A stretch of DNA of 64,000 nucleotides from Alphaproteobacteria bacterium. GTDB lineage: Bacteria; Pseudomonadota; Alphaproteobacteria; Rs-D84. The notes beneath the pieces were generated by a model. The model searched no databases. It was not told the origin of the DNA and saw nothing but the letters and a program-made list of their open reading frames with translations. Where the stretch lies: the NCBI GenBank assembly GCA_017472065.1, contig JAFURB010000004.1, positions 17,034 through 81,033 of the forward strand. The letters are read 5' to 3'. The position numbers and the translations under genes were made by a program. This document shows positions 52,875 through 62,546 of this stretch, piece by piece. Each line of letters begins with the position of its first letter. Within the stretch, counting starts at the first letter, position 1.

Positions 52875-53592
52875 ATTTTCCATTTTTTGCATTAAATTTT
52901 TGTTTGCCAACGGTCACAAACTGGTCGGCATATGTTGTTTTTTGGATTTCTTTGACCGGCGATGTCCAATACACCGCGCCATCAGTTAAACGAACCGCAT
53001 ATAAATTTTTATCTGCGCCAACAACAAATGCCGCATCGCCCACAATTGTAAATGGGGCGGCAACACTGATATTAACACACCATTTTTTTACACCAGATGT
53101 GGCATTAACACAACAAAACGCATCCCCCAGACCACCGACATAAACCGAATTGTCACGAACAATTGGCATGGCCACAATGTCCAGAACAGATGCGCCACCG
53201 GTCAGGTTACTGGCCCGATAAATATCGGCAATCCACATTATTTTGCGTGTTTTTGGTTCTATTTTCACCAATTCACCCGTTGTTAATCCGGCATATACAT
53301 ATTTGCCAGCGCACACAGGGGCAATTTCTGCATCAACAGAATTGGTTGTTGGAAAACCACTGAAAATCTTGCGATTATTGGACCAGATTGTGTTAGATTT
53401 ATCACGGGTATACGGACAATCAATCGCCGGCATTGAATACGCCACATCCGGCAGGTTTTCAATCTGGGTCCCCAGAACCGTTACCGATGATGTGTCAAAT
53501 ATCGCCGTGCGTGTTCCTGGCAAAATCGGGTCGTGTTTGTCACATGCCGATAATGCCAAAACCGATAAAATCCCCAGCAGTGTCCGTTTCAT
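52873..53592 (-). CDS. PQQ-like beta-propeller lipoprotein (short BamB-like)
   Basis: Lipobox LSAC; ILPGTR; TGELV..IMW, SGVKKW and DGAVYW repeats; follows a YfgM-like gene. Confidence 0.72.
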   Translation of the reverse strand: MKRTLLGILSVLALSACDKHDPILPGTRTAIFDTSSVTVLGTQIENLPDVAYSMPAIDCPYTRDKSNTIWSNNRKIFSGFPTTNSVDAEIAPVCAGKYVYAGLTTGELVKIEPKTRKIMWIADIYRASNLTGGASVLDIVAMPIVRDNSVYVGGLGDAFCCVNATSGVKKWCVNISVAAPFTIVGDAAFVVGADKNLYAVRLTDGAVYWTSPVKEIQKTTYADQFVTVGKQKFNAKNGK

Positions 53593-53602
53593 GTCACAAG
53601 CC

Positions 53603-54256
53603 TTAGCGCAAAGTGGTGGCTGTACCAACAATTGATGCCGGTGCATCTTTGTCGTTCAAGATTTTATCCAACCATTTGTTGGCCGCGTCACGATTGCCGT
53701 CTGCTAAATATTTCTGGGCGATTGTCAATGACGCGGTGTAATAAAATGGCGAGTTCTTTGTATCCAAATCAGCCAGATATTTTTCAACATCTGTGGCACT
53801 CATATCATCGCCACGCGCATTTACAACATGCAAACGGGCCAGGTCACGAAAATCACGCGTATTGCCATCTTCGGCCAGGCGTTCTAACTTTTTCACATCT
53901 GCATCCAGCAAGTATGACTGGAACAGTGCCAGGTCCGCCGTCGCACCCGATGCATCATCGGCAAAACGCGCCAGGTTATTTGCATCAATGCTTGCCAATG
54001 CTTCTTCGTACATTTCGGCGGTATGCATTTTCTGGGCTGCGATATGACGCGCACCAATCTGGAAACCAGTCGCAATAATCATTATTACCAATGCCGCCGC
54101 AACCAAGTGACGATAATATTTCTTAATAAATTTTAATGTTTTTTCGTTATTGACATCTTCCCACACTTCACGATACAGGGCGTCTTCGGCATATTCCTGG
54201 CGTGTTTTTTTATGTTTTGGGGCGACTTTCTGATTTCTTGATAAGATTGATGACAT
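53603..54256 (-). CDS. YfgM/DUF2659-like TPR membrane protein
   Basis: LYREVWEDV...KFIKKY, a TM helix, and SPFYYTA. Confidence 0.72.
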   Translation of the reverse strand: MSSILSRNQKVAPKHKKTRQEYAEDALYREVWEDVNNEKTLKFIKKYYRHLVAAALVIMIIATGFQIGARHIAAQKMHTAEMYEEALASIDANNLARFADDASGATADLALFQSYLLDADVKKLERLAEDGNTRDFRDLARLHVVNARGDDMSATDVEKYLADLDTKNSPFYYTASLTIAQKYLADGNRDAANKWLDKILNDKDAPASIVGTATTLR

Positions 54257-54311
54257 TTTTATAAATCTCCTGTGCTTGATAATTGTTGAATTATGATATA
54301 CTATAAAAGTT

Positions 54312-55223
54312 ATGAAAAAGCAAATCAAGAACGCTTTACCGGTACAAACAAATACTTCATTGGTGGCCGCCCGTGGGGTCAGTGACGAATCAGGATTGGC
54401 GCAATACATTCAAACCGTGCAGAAAATTCCAATCTTGACCGCCGAAGAAGAATATGAATACGCCACACAATGGGTGAAAAATCATGACCAAAATGCCGGG
54501 GAAAAATTAGTGGCATCACACTTGCGGATGGTGGTATCGGTGGCGTATGATTTCAAAAACTATGGTATTCCGGTCGGCGATTTAATTGCCAGTGGTAATA
54601 TGGGCCTGATGCAGGCGTTACAGAAATTCGACCCAGAAAAAGGTTTTAGATTTTCGACATACGCAATGTTCTGGGTGCGGGCAGAAATTTATGAAACAAT
54701 CCTGAACAACTGGTCAATTGTGAAAATTGGAACATCTGCAAATCAAAAACGCGTGTTCTTTAACCTGGCGCGAGCAAAACGCGCGCTGGGCATTATGGAC
54801 AACAATCTTAGCGATGACCAGACCAAACAAATCGCAGAGTATCTGGCCGTGCCGGAAAACGATGTAAAGCGTATGGCAACACGGGTTGGGGCGCGCGATG
54901 TTTCACTGAATGCGCCGGCACACACCGGCGACGAAGGTTCAACAGATATCTTATCTAATCTGCCAGACAATCGATCAAACATCGAAGATTCGTTGGAACG
55001 AATTGAATTTCGTCGGCGCGGATATGAAATGTTGCGTAAACATCTGGATGCGTTGCCAGAACGCGACCGCGAAATATTAAAGGCACGCAGATTGTCTGAT
55101 CCGGTGGCAACACTGGAATCACTATCACAAAAATACGGAATTTCACGCGAACGCGTGCGACAGATTGAAGAACGCGCGTATAAAAAACTGCGCGATGCGA
55201 TATTAAAAGAAGCCCAAGGGTAA
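54312..55223 (+). CDS. rpoH: RNA polymerase sigma-32 factor
   Basis: LVASHLRMVV, GNMGLMQA, RpoH box NWSIVKIGTSANQKRVFFNL, and ISRERVRQIE. Confidence 0.93.
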   Translation: MKKQIKNALPVQTNTSLVAARGVSDESGLAQYIQTVQKIPILTAEEEYEYATQWVKNHDQNAGEKLVASHLRMVVSVAYDFKNYGIPVGDLIASGNMGLMQALQKFDPEKGFRFSTYAMFWVRAEIYETILNNWSIVKIGTSANQKRVFFNLARAKRALGIMDNNLSDDQTKQIAEYLAVPENDVKRMATRVGARDVSLNAPAHTGDEGSTDILSNLPDNRSNIEDSLERIEFRRRGYEMLRKHLDALPERDREILKARRLSDPVATLESLSQKYGISRERVRQIEERAYKKLRDAILKEAQG

Positions 55224-55229
55224 TCGAAT

Positions 55230-56255
55230 ATGCGTTTTTTGAAAATGTTTGGTATTGCGGCACTGACCTGGGTTGTATCTGGGGCAGGGGCCAACGCAAT
55301 CGAGTATGATGCAGGTAAATTTAATTTCAAATTAACCGGTTATGGTACCAGTGGTATTATTCAGCCTGATTTTGAAACACCGCTGTTTATTGGCGATTGG
55401 CGCGTGCGTGGCCAGGCAACATTTGCCGCAACCGATGCACATAAATTAGGCGCGGTATATTCAATCGATGCCGCCGCCACCGATGATGGCAAGGCTTTTC
55501 GTGAAGCGTTCGGTTTCTATGAAATGCGTGACATGGGACGCATTGAAATCGGTTTTACGGATTCTATTGCACGAAAACTGGGGGTGGGGTTGCCGGATGT
55601 TGGGGGACTGCGAATAAACGATCGCCCAATATTTCATAAAAAGATTGTTCCAGAAGGTCCTGTTATTTCCGACACAACATTAACCACAGGGCGGGGTGGT
55701 TTACGCGTAAATATCGTATCGGCACCACGGTCGGGCGCGCAATATGGTATGTCATTGGCAGGGATTACAGATGACTATGATTTTACAGTTGATGCAGGGT
55801 TAAAAATTCGCCGCCCATCTGGGAAATTAAAGCGCGCGTTCACAGTTGGCGCATCTTTTATGGATAACCCACATGGTTTCAGCACCGATGTCTATGCACC
55901 GGCGGTTACAGCTGATTTTCGCGCCCAGGTCACAGCCGGCATGAATATTCAGTACAACAGTTGGATTTGGGGAACAACCGCGCGTGTAATCTATGATCGC
56001 AACCCAATCGGCCCGGTATCAGACGGAATCGTTGCCGGCACCGGGGTCAGTTATGATTTATTGAAATACAGCGTATCTTTGACATACATGTTTTCAGACA
56101 CAGGTGTTTGGAACCATGATGTAGATGATTTTATGGACCACATGTTAATCGGATCTTTCCGGTATAAATACAGTGAAAATGTCGATGGATGGATATCACT
56201 GGGGGTTACATCAAAGACACCATTTGTATCGGCCGGGATGCGGTTGACCTTTTAA
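55230..56255 (+). CDS. Outer-membrane porin-like beta-barrel protein
   Basis: Signal peptide, GRIEIGFTD, amphipathic strands, C-terminal GMRLTF. Confidence 0.75.
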   Translation: MRFLKMFGIAALTWVVSGAGANAIEYDAGKFNFKLTGYGTSGIIQPDFETPLFIGDWRVRGQATFAATDAHKLGAVYSIDAAATDDGKAFREAFGFYEMRDMGRIEIGFTDSIARKLGVGLPDVGGLRINDRPIFHKKIVPEGPVISDTTLTTGRGGLRVNIVSAPRSGAQYGMSLAGITDDYDFTVDAGLKIRRPSGKLKRAFTVGASFMDNPHGFSTDVYAPAVTADFRAQVTAGMNIQYNSWIWGTTARVIYDRNPIGPVSDGIVAGTGVSYDLLKYSVSLTYMFSDTGVWNHDVDDFMDHMLIGSFRYKYSENVDGWISLGVTSKTPFVSAGMRLTF

Positions 56256-56300
56256 TTTTTATAATATAAAATCAATTTTGAAACACAGAAAGGAGAAGGT

Positions 56301-56936
56301 ATGAAAAAATTAGTTTCTTTGTTTGCAATTGCTGCGTTAACAGCATGCACAACCGTTAATCCATACACAGGTCAAACACAGACCGCAAAATCAACATGGG
56401 GTACCGCAATCGGCGCAACAACCGGCGCATTAATCGGCAGCCGCAACAGCAGCGAAGGCGCATTAATCGGCGCACTGGCCGGCGCGGCCGTCGGTGGTGG
56501 CGTTGGATATTATTTGGATGTTCAGGCCGCAGAATTGCGTCAAGAATTAGCATCAACCGGTGTTCAGGTTGTTGAATCTGATGACAATATTCGCCTGATT
56601 ATGCCGGGCAATATCACTTTCAAGACAGATTCAGCCGACATTAATTCTTCGTTCTATCCGGTATTAAATTCTGTTGCCAAGGTTTTGAATAAATATTCAA
56701 ATTCAACCGTTATGGTTTCTGGCCATACAGACAGCACCGGCAGCGCAGATTATAATTTAGCACTGTCTAAATCACGTGCACAATCGGTTGCGGCATACCT
56801 GCAGGGTCAAGGTGTAAAATCATCACGATTTGAAGTGATGGGTATGGGGTCATCTAATCCAATTGCATCAAATGCAGATGCCGCAGGACGCGCACAAAAT
56901 CGTCGTGTGGAAATTAAAATTATCCCAAATAAATAA
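56301..56936 (+). CDS. OmpA-family lipoprotein with glycine zipper (YiaD-like)
   Basis: Lipobox LTAC, NPYTG, glycine zipper, GHTDSTG and NRRVEI. Confidence 0.9.
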   Translation: MKKLVSLFAIAALTACTTVNPYTGQTQTAKSTWGTAIGATTGALIGSRNSSEGALIGALAGAAVGGGVGYYLDVQAAELRQELASTGVQVVESDDNIRLIMPGNITFKTDSADINSSFYPVLNSVAKVLNKYSNSTVMVSGHTDSTGSADYNLALSKSRAQSVAAYLQGQGVKSSRFEVMGMGSSNPIASNADAAGRAQNRRVEIKIIPNK

Positions 56937-56962
56937 AAAATCCCCCGGACGGGGGATTTTTT
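56935..56962 (+). terminator. Terminator
   Basis: AAAAAATCCCCC-GGAC-GGGGGATTTTTT. Confidence 0.85.
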
Positions 56963-57196
56963 CAAAGTTCAGAGTGCAAAGTTCAAAGTGCAATTGTGGA
57001 TTCTATTAATTAAACTTCGATAAATAAAAGTTTATCGCAGTAACTCATAAAGCCGTCACCCCGGCGCAGGCCGGGGTCCATTGCATTCCACCCAGTTTCA
57101 AAATTGAGAAGAACACAGTGGATCCCGGCCTTCGCCGGGATGACGACAGTGTCTAATTGTTCCTCTGAACTTTGCACTATGCACTTTGAACTTTGA
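56961..57196. repeat. Heptamer-array inverted-repeat element enclosing a REP doublet
   Basis: Left arm TTCAAA GTTCAGA GTGCAAA GTTCAAA GTGCAA; right arm TCTGAAC TTTGCAC TATGCAC TTTGAAC TTTGA. Confidence 0.85.
57054..57145. repeat. CGTC-type REP inverted doublet (REPIN-like)
   Basis: CGTCACCCCGGCGCAGGCCGGGGTCCA ... TGGATCCCGGCCTTCGCCGGGATGACG. Confidence 0.85.
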
Positions 57197-57380
57197 TTTA
57201 AACTTTTATTTAGCGAAGTAACATTTTCACAAAAAAATACCCTTGCCTAAAACCGGTAAAACCGTTAGAATACACGACATAGAAAGGGAAAACACATGCC
57301 GAATCTAATGGGACGATTTTCTTAGGCATAAAATCAATTAAAAAATTCCCTGTTTTCTGCATAAATTCACTCCCTATTTT

Positions 57381-58469
57381 GTGCCGAAAATAATCGTCGG
57401 TTTATTTGCCGCACTTTTTGCAATGCTTTGCTGGGGTGGGGATGCAAATGCCGCAACCGTTTTTAGTGGGGCATGTTATAACACGACCGCTAGACATTCT
57501 AAATATTATTATGCGAATTACTCTGGCAATCTTGGAAACGCATATTCATCGAGCGAAGAAGTGGATATTTCCACATATTCATCAGGAACATGTACAGCTG
57601 GAACACAATATGTAATACAAGCAAGTACAAATGGCGAAGCACTTGATATTGGCAATATGGAAACCAGCCTGGCCAGGATTTATTCGTGTACGGCATGTGC
57701 CGATGGATATGAACTGGCGACCAGTGATGGACCATTTATATATGGCAATACCGACACAATTCAATGTAACAGTTTGCTTAATCTTACAGTTCAAGAGTGC
57801 GTGAAAATAAATGCCGGTGGCGGTGGCACCACATGTACATCCAGTAATTGTGTCAGTTCTGATTGGGTCACATACAATAATGCGTATATAAAGCGTACGG
57901 CACGTTCATGCACCGACAGTACAACATGTACATCAACCATACAATATGGATGTAATTATGGATATTATAAGACATCTGGATCGTCGGCCTATTTGACATC
58001 TGCATCTGGATGCAGCAAATGTCCACCATATACAGTAAATGGTACATCGTATGCAACAACAACCGCTATGCGCGATGCAGTCAATGTCCAGTCGTGCGTG
58101 GTTGATGCGGTTGGTGGTGTCACCGAATTCCAAGATGCATCTGGAACATTTGTAATGGCCGCGCCATATGGTATGGAAACCACGCCCCCCAAATATTGCT
58201 CGTTTTCACTGGGCAATTGTGCGGGATATACCGCCGTATGTTCCACAACATCTGGCACGACATATGCCGTCGTATCAGGAACCAAGACAAACAGTACATC
58301 TGGTACATATTGTTGGTGTAATGCAAATGGAAAAAGTTTTCTGGTCGCAAATATGAACAGTTATTCAACCTGCGCGCAAAGTTGCAAAAATGGATGCCAA
58401 ACAGCATTTGTGGGACATTCAGAAAATAACTATAATCCTATGGTTTCGTATACAGCATTAGGATGTTAA
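57381..58469 (+). CDS. Secreted Cys/Thr/Ser-rich protein
   Basis: GTG start; signal peptide (ANA|A); CTACADGY, CNYGYY, CSKCP and YCWC motifs. Confidence 0.75.
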   Translation: MPKIIVGLFAALFAMLCWGGDANAATVFSGACYNTTARHSKYYYANYSGNLGNAYSSSEEVDISTYSSGTCTAGTQYVIQASTNGEALDIGNMETSLARIYSCTACADGYELATSDGPFIYGNTDTIQCNSLLNLTVQECVKINAGGGGTTCTSSNCVSSDWVTYNNAYIKRTARSCTDSTTCTSTIQYGCNYGYYKTSGSSAYLTSASGCSKCPPYTVNGTSYATTTAMRDAVNVQSCVVDAVGGVTEFQDASGTFVMAAPYGMETTPPKYCSFSLGNCAGYTAVCSTTSGTTYAVVSGTKTNSTSGTYCWCNANGKSFLVANMNSYSTCAQSCKNGCQTAFVGHSENNYNPMVSYTALGC

Positions 58470-58499
58470 AAAAACACCGGCATTGACCGGTGTTTTTTT
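58468..58499. terminator. Terminator (ACACCGG family)
   Basis: AAAAAAACACCGG-CATTGA-CCGGTGTTTTTTT. Confidence 0.85.
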
Positions 58500-58568
58500 A
58501 TCTTTTATAAATATTGATTTGTGCAAAATATGCTTTATAATCCACAAGACAATAAAAAAGGCATATAA

Positions 58569-60560
58569 ATGGCAAAAAAATATTTAATTACATCTGCGTT
58601 ACCGTATGTTAACAACAATCTGCACATTGGGCATTTGGTGGGATGTTGGTTACCCAGTGATGTTTATGCACGTTTTTGTCGTGCGCGTGGACGCGATGTT
58701 TTATATGTTTGTGGGGCTGATGAACACGGCACAACCAGCGAAGTCGGTGCCAGAAAAGAAAATATGCCAATCGAAGAATATGTCGATAAATATCGCGCGG
58801 CACATGAACAATCTGTGCGTGATTTTAATCTATCATTTGATATTTATGGACGGACACATACAAAAAGACACCATGATTTAATCCAATCATTATTTTCGCG
58901 TCTGGAACAAGAAAATATGATTGTGGAAAAGTCTTCTATGCAGCCTTATTCTGTTAACGAACAGATGTTCTTGGCCGACAGATTTGTTATCGGCACATGT
59001 CCAAAATGCGGATATGACGGGGCATATGGAAACGAATGTGGTAAATGTGGGGCAACACTGGAACCAGAACAACTGATTAATCCACACAGTGCAGTTGATG
59101 CAACATCGCCGGTGGAAATGCGGGAAACCAAGCACCTGTATTTCCGCACCAGCGCAATGCAAGACAAATTGCGTACATGGATTGATTCACGCAAAGGATG
59201 GTCCAAGACAGCGTTGGCAATCGCAAATAAATGGTTAGAAGAAGGCCTGCATGACAGTCCAATTACACGCGACCTGAAATGGGGGATTCCGGTTAACAAG
59301 CCAGGATATGAAAACAAGGTTTTTTATGTTTGGTTTGATGCGCCATGGGGATATGTTTCTATATCCCAGGCGGCAAATGAAAATTGGGCAGACTGGTGGC
59401 ATGGTGGCGACGATGTTACATATGCCCAGTTTATGGCCAAAGATAATGTATCGTTCCATTCTATATTTTTCCCAGCCCAAGAATTAGCCATGAACGACAA
59501 CTGGAAAACAGTTGATATATTAAAAGGTTTTAATTTCTTGAACTTTAATGGTGCCAAAATTTCTAAATCAACCGGCAACGGGATATTCTTGAACGATGCA
59601 ATAAATGATGCACCGGCCGATTGTTGGCGGTATGCGCTGATGGCAAGTGCGCCAGAAACAGATGATACAGATTTCACAATCGCGCGCTTTGCCGATATTG
59701 TGAACAAGGACCTGAACGGGATGTTGGGGAACTTTGTATCACGCGTGTGCAAATTAACTGCGAAAAACTTTGGTAATAATATTCCAAATGCAGGCGCAAT
59801 GGATTCAGATTTAGAATCACAAATTAATGAAAAATTGAACGAATTAACCACGGCGTTGGATGCATGTGAATTTCGTGCATCGATTGCGGCGTTGCGTGGC
59901 CTGTATGCGATTGGTAATGAATATATGACAAAAATGGAACCATGGACCTTGGTTAAAAATGGCGACATGGATGCGGCGGGGGCGGTGTTAAATACATGCA
60001 TGCAATTAATTGATTTATATGCGCGTGTGTCGGCGCCATTTATCCCGGCCAGCGCAACAAAAATGCAGAACGTGTTTGTAACACCCCATGATTTATCTTG
60101 GCCAGAAAATTTTGAGCCACGCATTGAAAATGGGGCGGAATTTGTTGTGCCAGAAAATCTGTTTAATCGTATTGATGAAGAAATGGTTGCGCGTTTAACT
60201 GAAAAATACACACCAAGCAAAGAAGACACCACACCAAAACCGGTTGTTGCGAAAATAATATCTGTTGAAAATCATCCAACACGTGATGATTTGCATATTT
60301 TGTCGGTGGATTTCGGGGCAGACGCACCGGTACAAATCGTATGCGCCGCACAAAATGTGCGCGCCGGGATGATAAGTGTACTGGCACCGGTTGGGGCGCA
60401 ATTGCCAACAATCAAAAAACCAATTGCCCAGCGTACTGTGGCCGGTGTTGAATCGTTTGGCATGATGTGTGGGGCGTCCGAACTGGGTATTGGTGATGAT
60501 GATAAAAATATCATCGAACTGGGCGACGATATGATTGTCGGTGATGTGTTTACAAAATAA
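58569..60560 (+). CDS. metG: Methionine--tRNA ligase with C-terminal tRNA-binding domain
   Basis: LPYVNNNLHIGH, DEHG, Zn knuckle CPKC/CGKC, YVWFDA, KISKS and C-terminal GVESFGM. Confidence 0.95.
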   Translation: MAKKYLITSALPYVNNNLHIGHLVGCWLPSDVYARFCRARGRDVLYVCGADEHGTTSEVGARKENMPIEEYVDKYRAAHEQSVRDFNLSFDIYGRTHTKRHHDLIQSLFSRLEQENMIVEKSSMQPYSVNEQMFLADRFVIGTCPKCGYDGAYGNECGKCGATLEPEQLINPHSAVDATSPVEMRETKHLYFRTSAMQDKLRTWIDSRKGWSKTALAIANKWLEEGLHDSPITRDLKWGIPVNKPGYENKVFYVWFDAPWGYVSISQAANENWADWWHGGDDVTYAQFMAKDNVSFHSIFFPAQELAMNDNWKTVDILKGFNFLNFNGAKISKSTGNGIFLNDAINDAPADCWRYALMASAPETDDTDFTIARFADIVNKDLNGMLGNFVSRVCKLTAKNFGNNIPNAGAMDSDLESQINEKLNELTTALDACEFRASIAALRGLYAIGNEYMTKMEPWTLVKNGDMDAAGAVLNTCMQLIDLYARVSAPFIPASATKMQNVFVTPHDLSWPENFEPRIENGAEFVVPENLFNRIDEEMVARLTEKYTPSKEDTTPKPVVAKIISVENHPTRDDLHILSVDFGADAPVQIVCAAQNVRAGMISVLAPVGAQLPTIKKPIAQRTVAGVESFGMMCGASELGIGDDDKNIIELGDDMIVGDVFTK

Positions 60561-60572
60561 AAAGGGTAAAAT

Positions 60573-60884
60573 ATGTGGAAAGTAAATGTTTATATTAAAA
60601 CAGCACCGTCTTCGATGGGATATTTGACAAAGATAAGTCTGCCATGTTGGCAATGTCGCGAAAAAACACTGAAAGATGATAAATATGTACCTGTGTGTCG
60701 AAATGGTGGAAAATGCCGGGTGGCTGAATATATTTCTAAAAGACTGCCAAATGTAGAATATAAAATAGTAAATGAATCCATGCCAGAGATTACCATTTTA
60801 ACACAGAATATCAATGAAATGGAACGTGCATACACAATCGCAAATCGCGCAATAAGATTGGCCAGACATCAATTATTTAGATAA
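60573..60884 (+). CDS. Hypothetical Cys-containing protein (paralog A)
   Basis: RBS AAGGG; aligns by eye with the next ORF. Confidence 0.72.
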   Translation: MWKVNVYIKTAPSSMGYLTKISLPCWQCREKTLKDDKYVPVCRNGGKCRVAEYISKRLPNVEYKIVNESMPEITILTQNINEMERAYTIANRAIRLARHQLFR

Positions 60885-60894
60885 GGGTACTTAA

Positions 60895-61206
60895 ATGGAA
60901 AAAAAAATGACAATCTATGTAAAATCGTCCCCAACATCCAAAGAATATTTTCATATGGTGGATGTTAAATGTTATTGTGGGGACTATATTTTGCCAGGAT
61001 GTAAAAAGTGTAAAAACTGTAACAAATGTAATGTTATTGATGTCTTGCGAAAACATAATCTAAATGTGGAATATAATCCAAATTCATCAGATAATCGCAC
61101 GGCAACAATTATTGTAAAAAATATAAATGAATTGGGACGGGCCTATGAAATGGCCGACCGGGCAATTAAATTTTGTTGTTGCAAGCCAAAACATAAAACC
61201 AAATAA
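60895..61206 (+). CDS. Hypothetical Cys-containing protein (paralog B)
   Basis: Shares YxKxxP, NVEY and NINExxRAYxxAxRAI with paralog A. Confidence 0.72.
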   Translation: MEKKMTIYVKSSPTSKEYFHMVDVKCYCGDYILPGCKKCKNCNKCNVIDVLRKHNLNVEYNPNSSDNRTATIIVKNINELGRAYEMADRAIKFCCCKPKHKTK

Positions 61207-61752
61207 ATGAACAACAATAAATTGCGTGTTGTATTATTGTCTTGCTGTGCGCCGTGTAGCGCGGGTGCAATACAGCAATTAAAAGACGGCGCAATTGACG
61301 GTGTTGATGATTTTATTGTTCTGTTTTTTAATCCAAATATTTTCCCAGAATCCGAATATACAAAACGCATGGCTGAACAGATAAAATACTGTGAATCCAT
61401 TGGTGCAAAATATGCGGTTCTGGAATATGATCATGATGCGTGGCGCGCGGCGGTGCGCGGATTCGAAGACGCCCCCGAACGCGGCGCGCGGTGTTCACTG
61501 TGCTTTGAATATCGTTTCCGTCGCGCGGCGCAATTTGCACGCGAAAATGGATACAACGCGATTGCAAGTGTGTTGGGTGTTTCCCGACACAAAGACCAGA
61601 CCCAAGTGGACACCGCCGCACAACGCATGTGTGATGATATCGAATACCTACCCATCAAATGGGATGAAAATTTACGCGTACAGATAAACCGCAATTCTGA
61701 TTTTTATCGTCAAAATTATTGCGGGTGCGAATTTAGTATAAGAAAGATATAA
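61207..61752 (+). CDS. queH: Epoxyqueuosine reductase QueH
   Basis: CCAPCS, FFNPNI, PERGARCSLC and YRQNYCGCEFS. Confidence 0.92.
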   Translation: MNNNKLRVVLLSCCAPCSAGAIQQLKDGAIDGVDDFIVLFFNPNIFPESEYTKRMAEQIKYCESIGAKYAVLEYDHDAWRAAVRGFEDAPERGARCSLCFEYRFRRAAQFARENGYNAIASVLGVSRHKDQTQVDTAAQRMCDDIEYLPIKWDENLRVQINRNSDFYRQNYCGCEFSIRKI

Positions 61753-61778
61753 AAACACCGGCATTTGCCGGTGTTTTT
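61751..61778. terminator. Bidirectional terminator (ACACCGGCA family)
   Basis: AAAAACACCGGCATTTGCCGGTGTTTTT. Confidence 0.85.
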
Positions 61779-61795
61779 GTGTTGTTTTTTTATCC

Positions 61796-62239
61796 TTATC
61801 TGCCTTTGACATGTTCGTTATTAAATATGTGCGCGCCAAATGTTTTTTCAATACGATTGGACAGACATCTGCCACCAATGATTCTTTGGGGACAATTTTC
61901 AATTCCGCATATACAACCCAATGGTTTTAAACTAACCGTGATTTTGGCCGTATTGTTGCCCACATGATTGAAGTGCAGGGGGTAACCTTCTTTGAGATAA
62001 AGATATGAATTATGTGTTGCATCAACCTGGGACGATATACTTTTGACACATGTGGCCGTACCATAAAAAGCAATCGATTCTAAAAATTTACGCAATTTTT
62101 GTTCAGATAATTCGCATTCATATGTTTCTATAACATGTCCCACATCTTCTTGAAATTCAATTGTTGTGTCGTATATAAAACTTTTTTTAATCTGATCTAT
62201 CTTGTTCTGATCTATATTGTTTTGCATTGGATATTCCAT
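61796..62239 (-). CDS. Hypothetical protein with CxCxxxxC..C motif
   Basis: RBS AGGTGG; upstream TTGACA promoter-like element; ends at the terminator. Confidence 0.65.
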   Translation of the reverse strand: MEYPMQNNIDQNKIDQIKKSFIYDTTIEFQEDVGHVIETYECELSEQKLRKFLESIAFYGTATCVKSISSQVDATHNSYLYLKEGYPLHFNHVGNNTAKITVSLKPLGCICGIENCPQRIIGGRCLSNRIEKTFGAHIFNNEHVKGR

Positions 62240-62546
62240 ATATTTGTACCACCTACATTTTACCTAGATACTAGCAGCCAGAAATAATTTGTCAATATAT
62301 AAATCCCCGGGATTATCCCGGGGGGGTGCGATATGTTCGACAATAAAAAACACCAGGATTTTTTACATTTGTATTATTTGTAAAAATATTCGGTTCCGGC
62401 ATAAACGACCCTGTGCGGTTGTTTGTTTTACCCCTACGCGATAAAAAGTACACAACGAATCGGGAAACAGTCAACAAATCATTATATTTGCGATTTGGCA
62501 AAAACCAGTCTATAATGGGTTTAATAAACATAAAAAAAGGCACATT

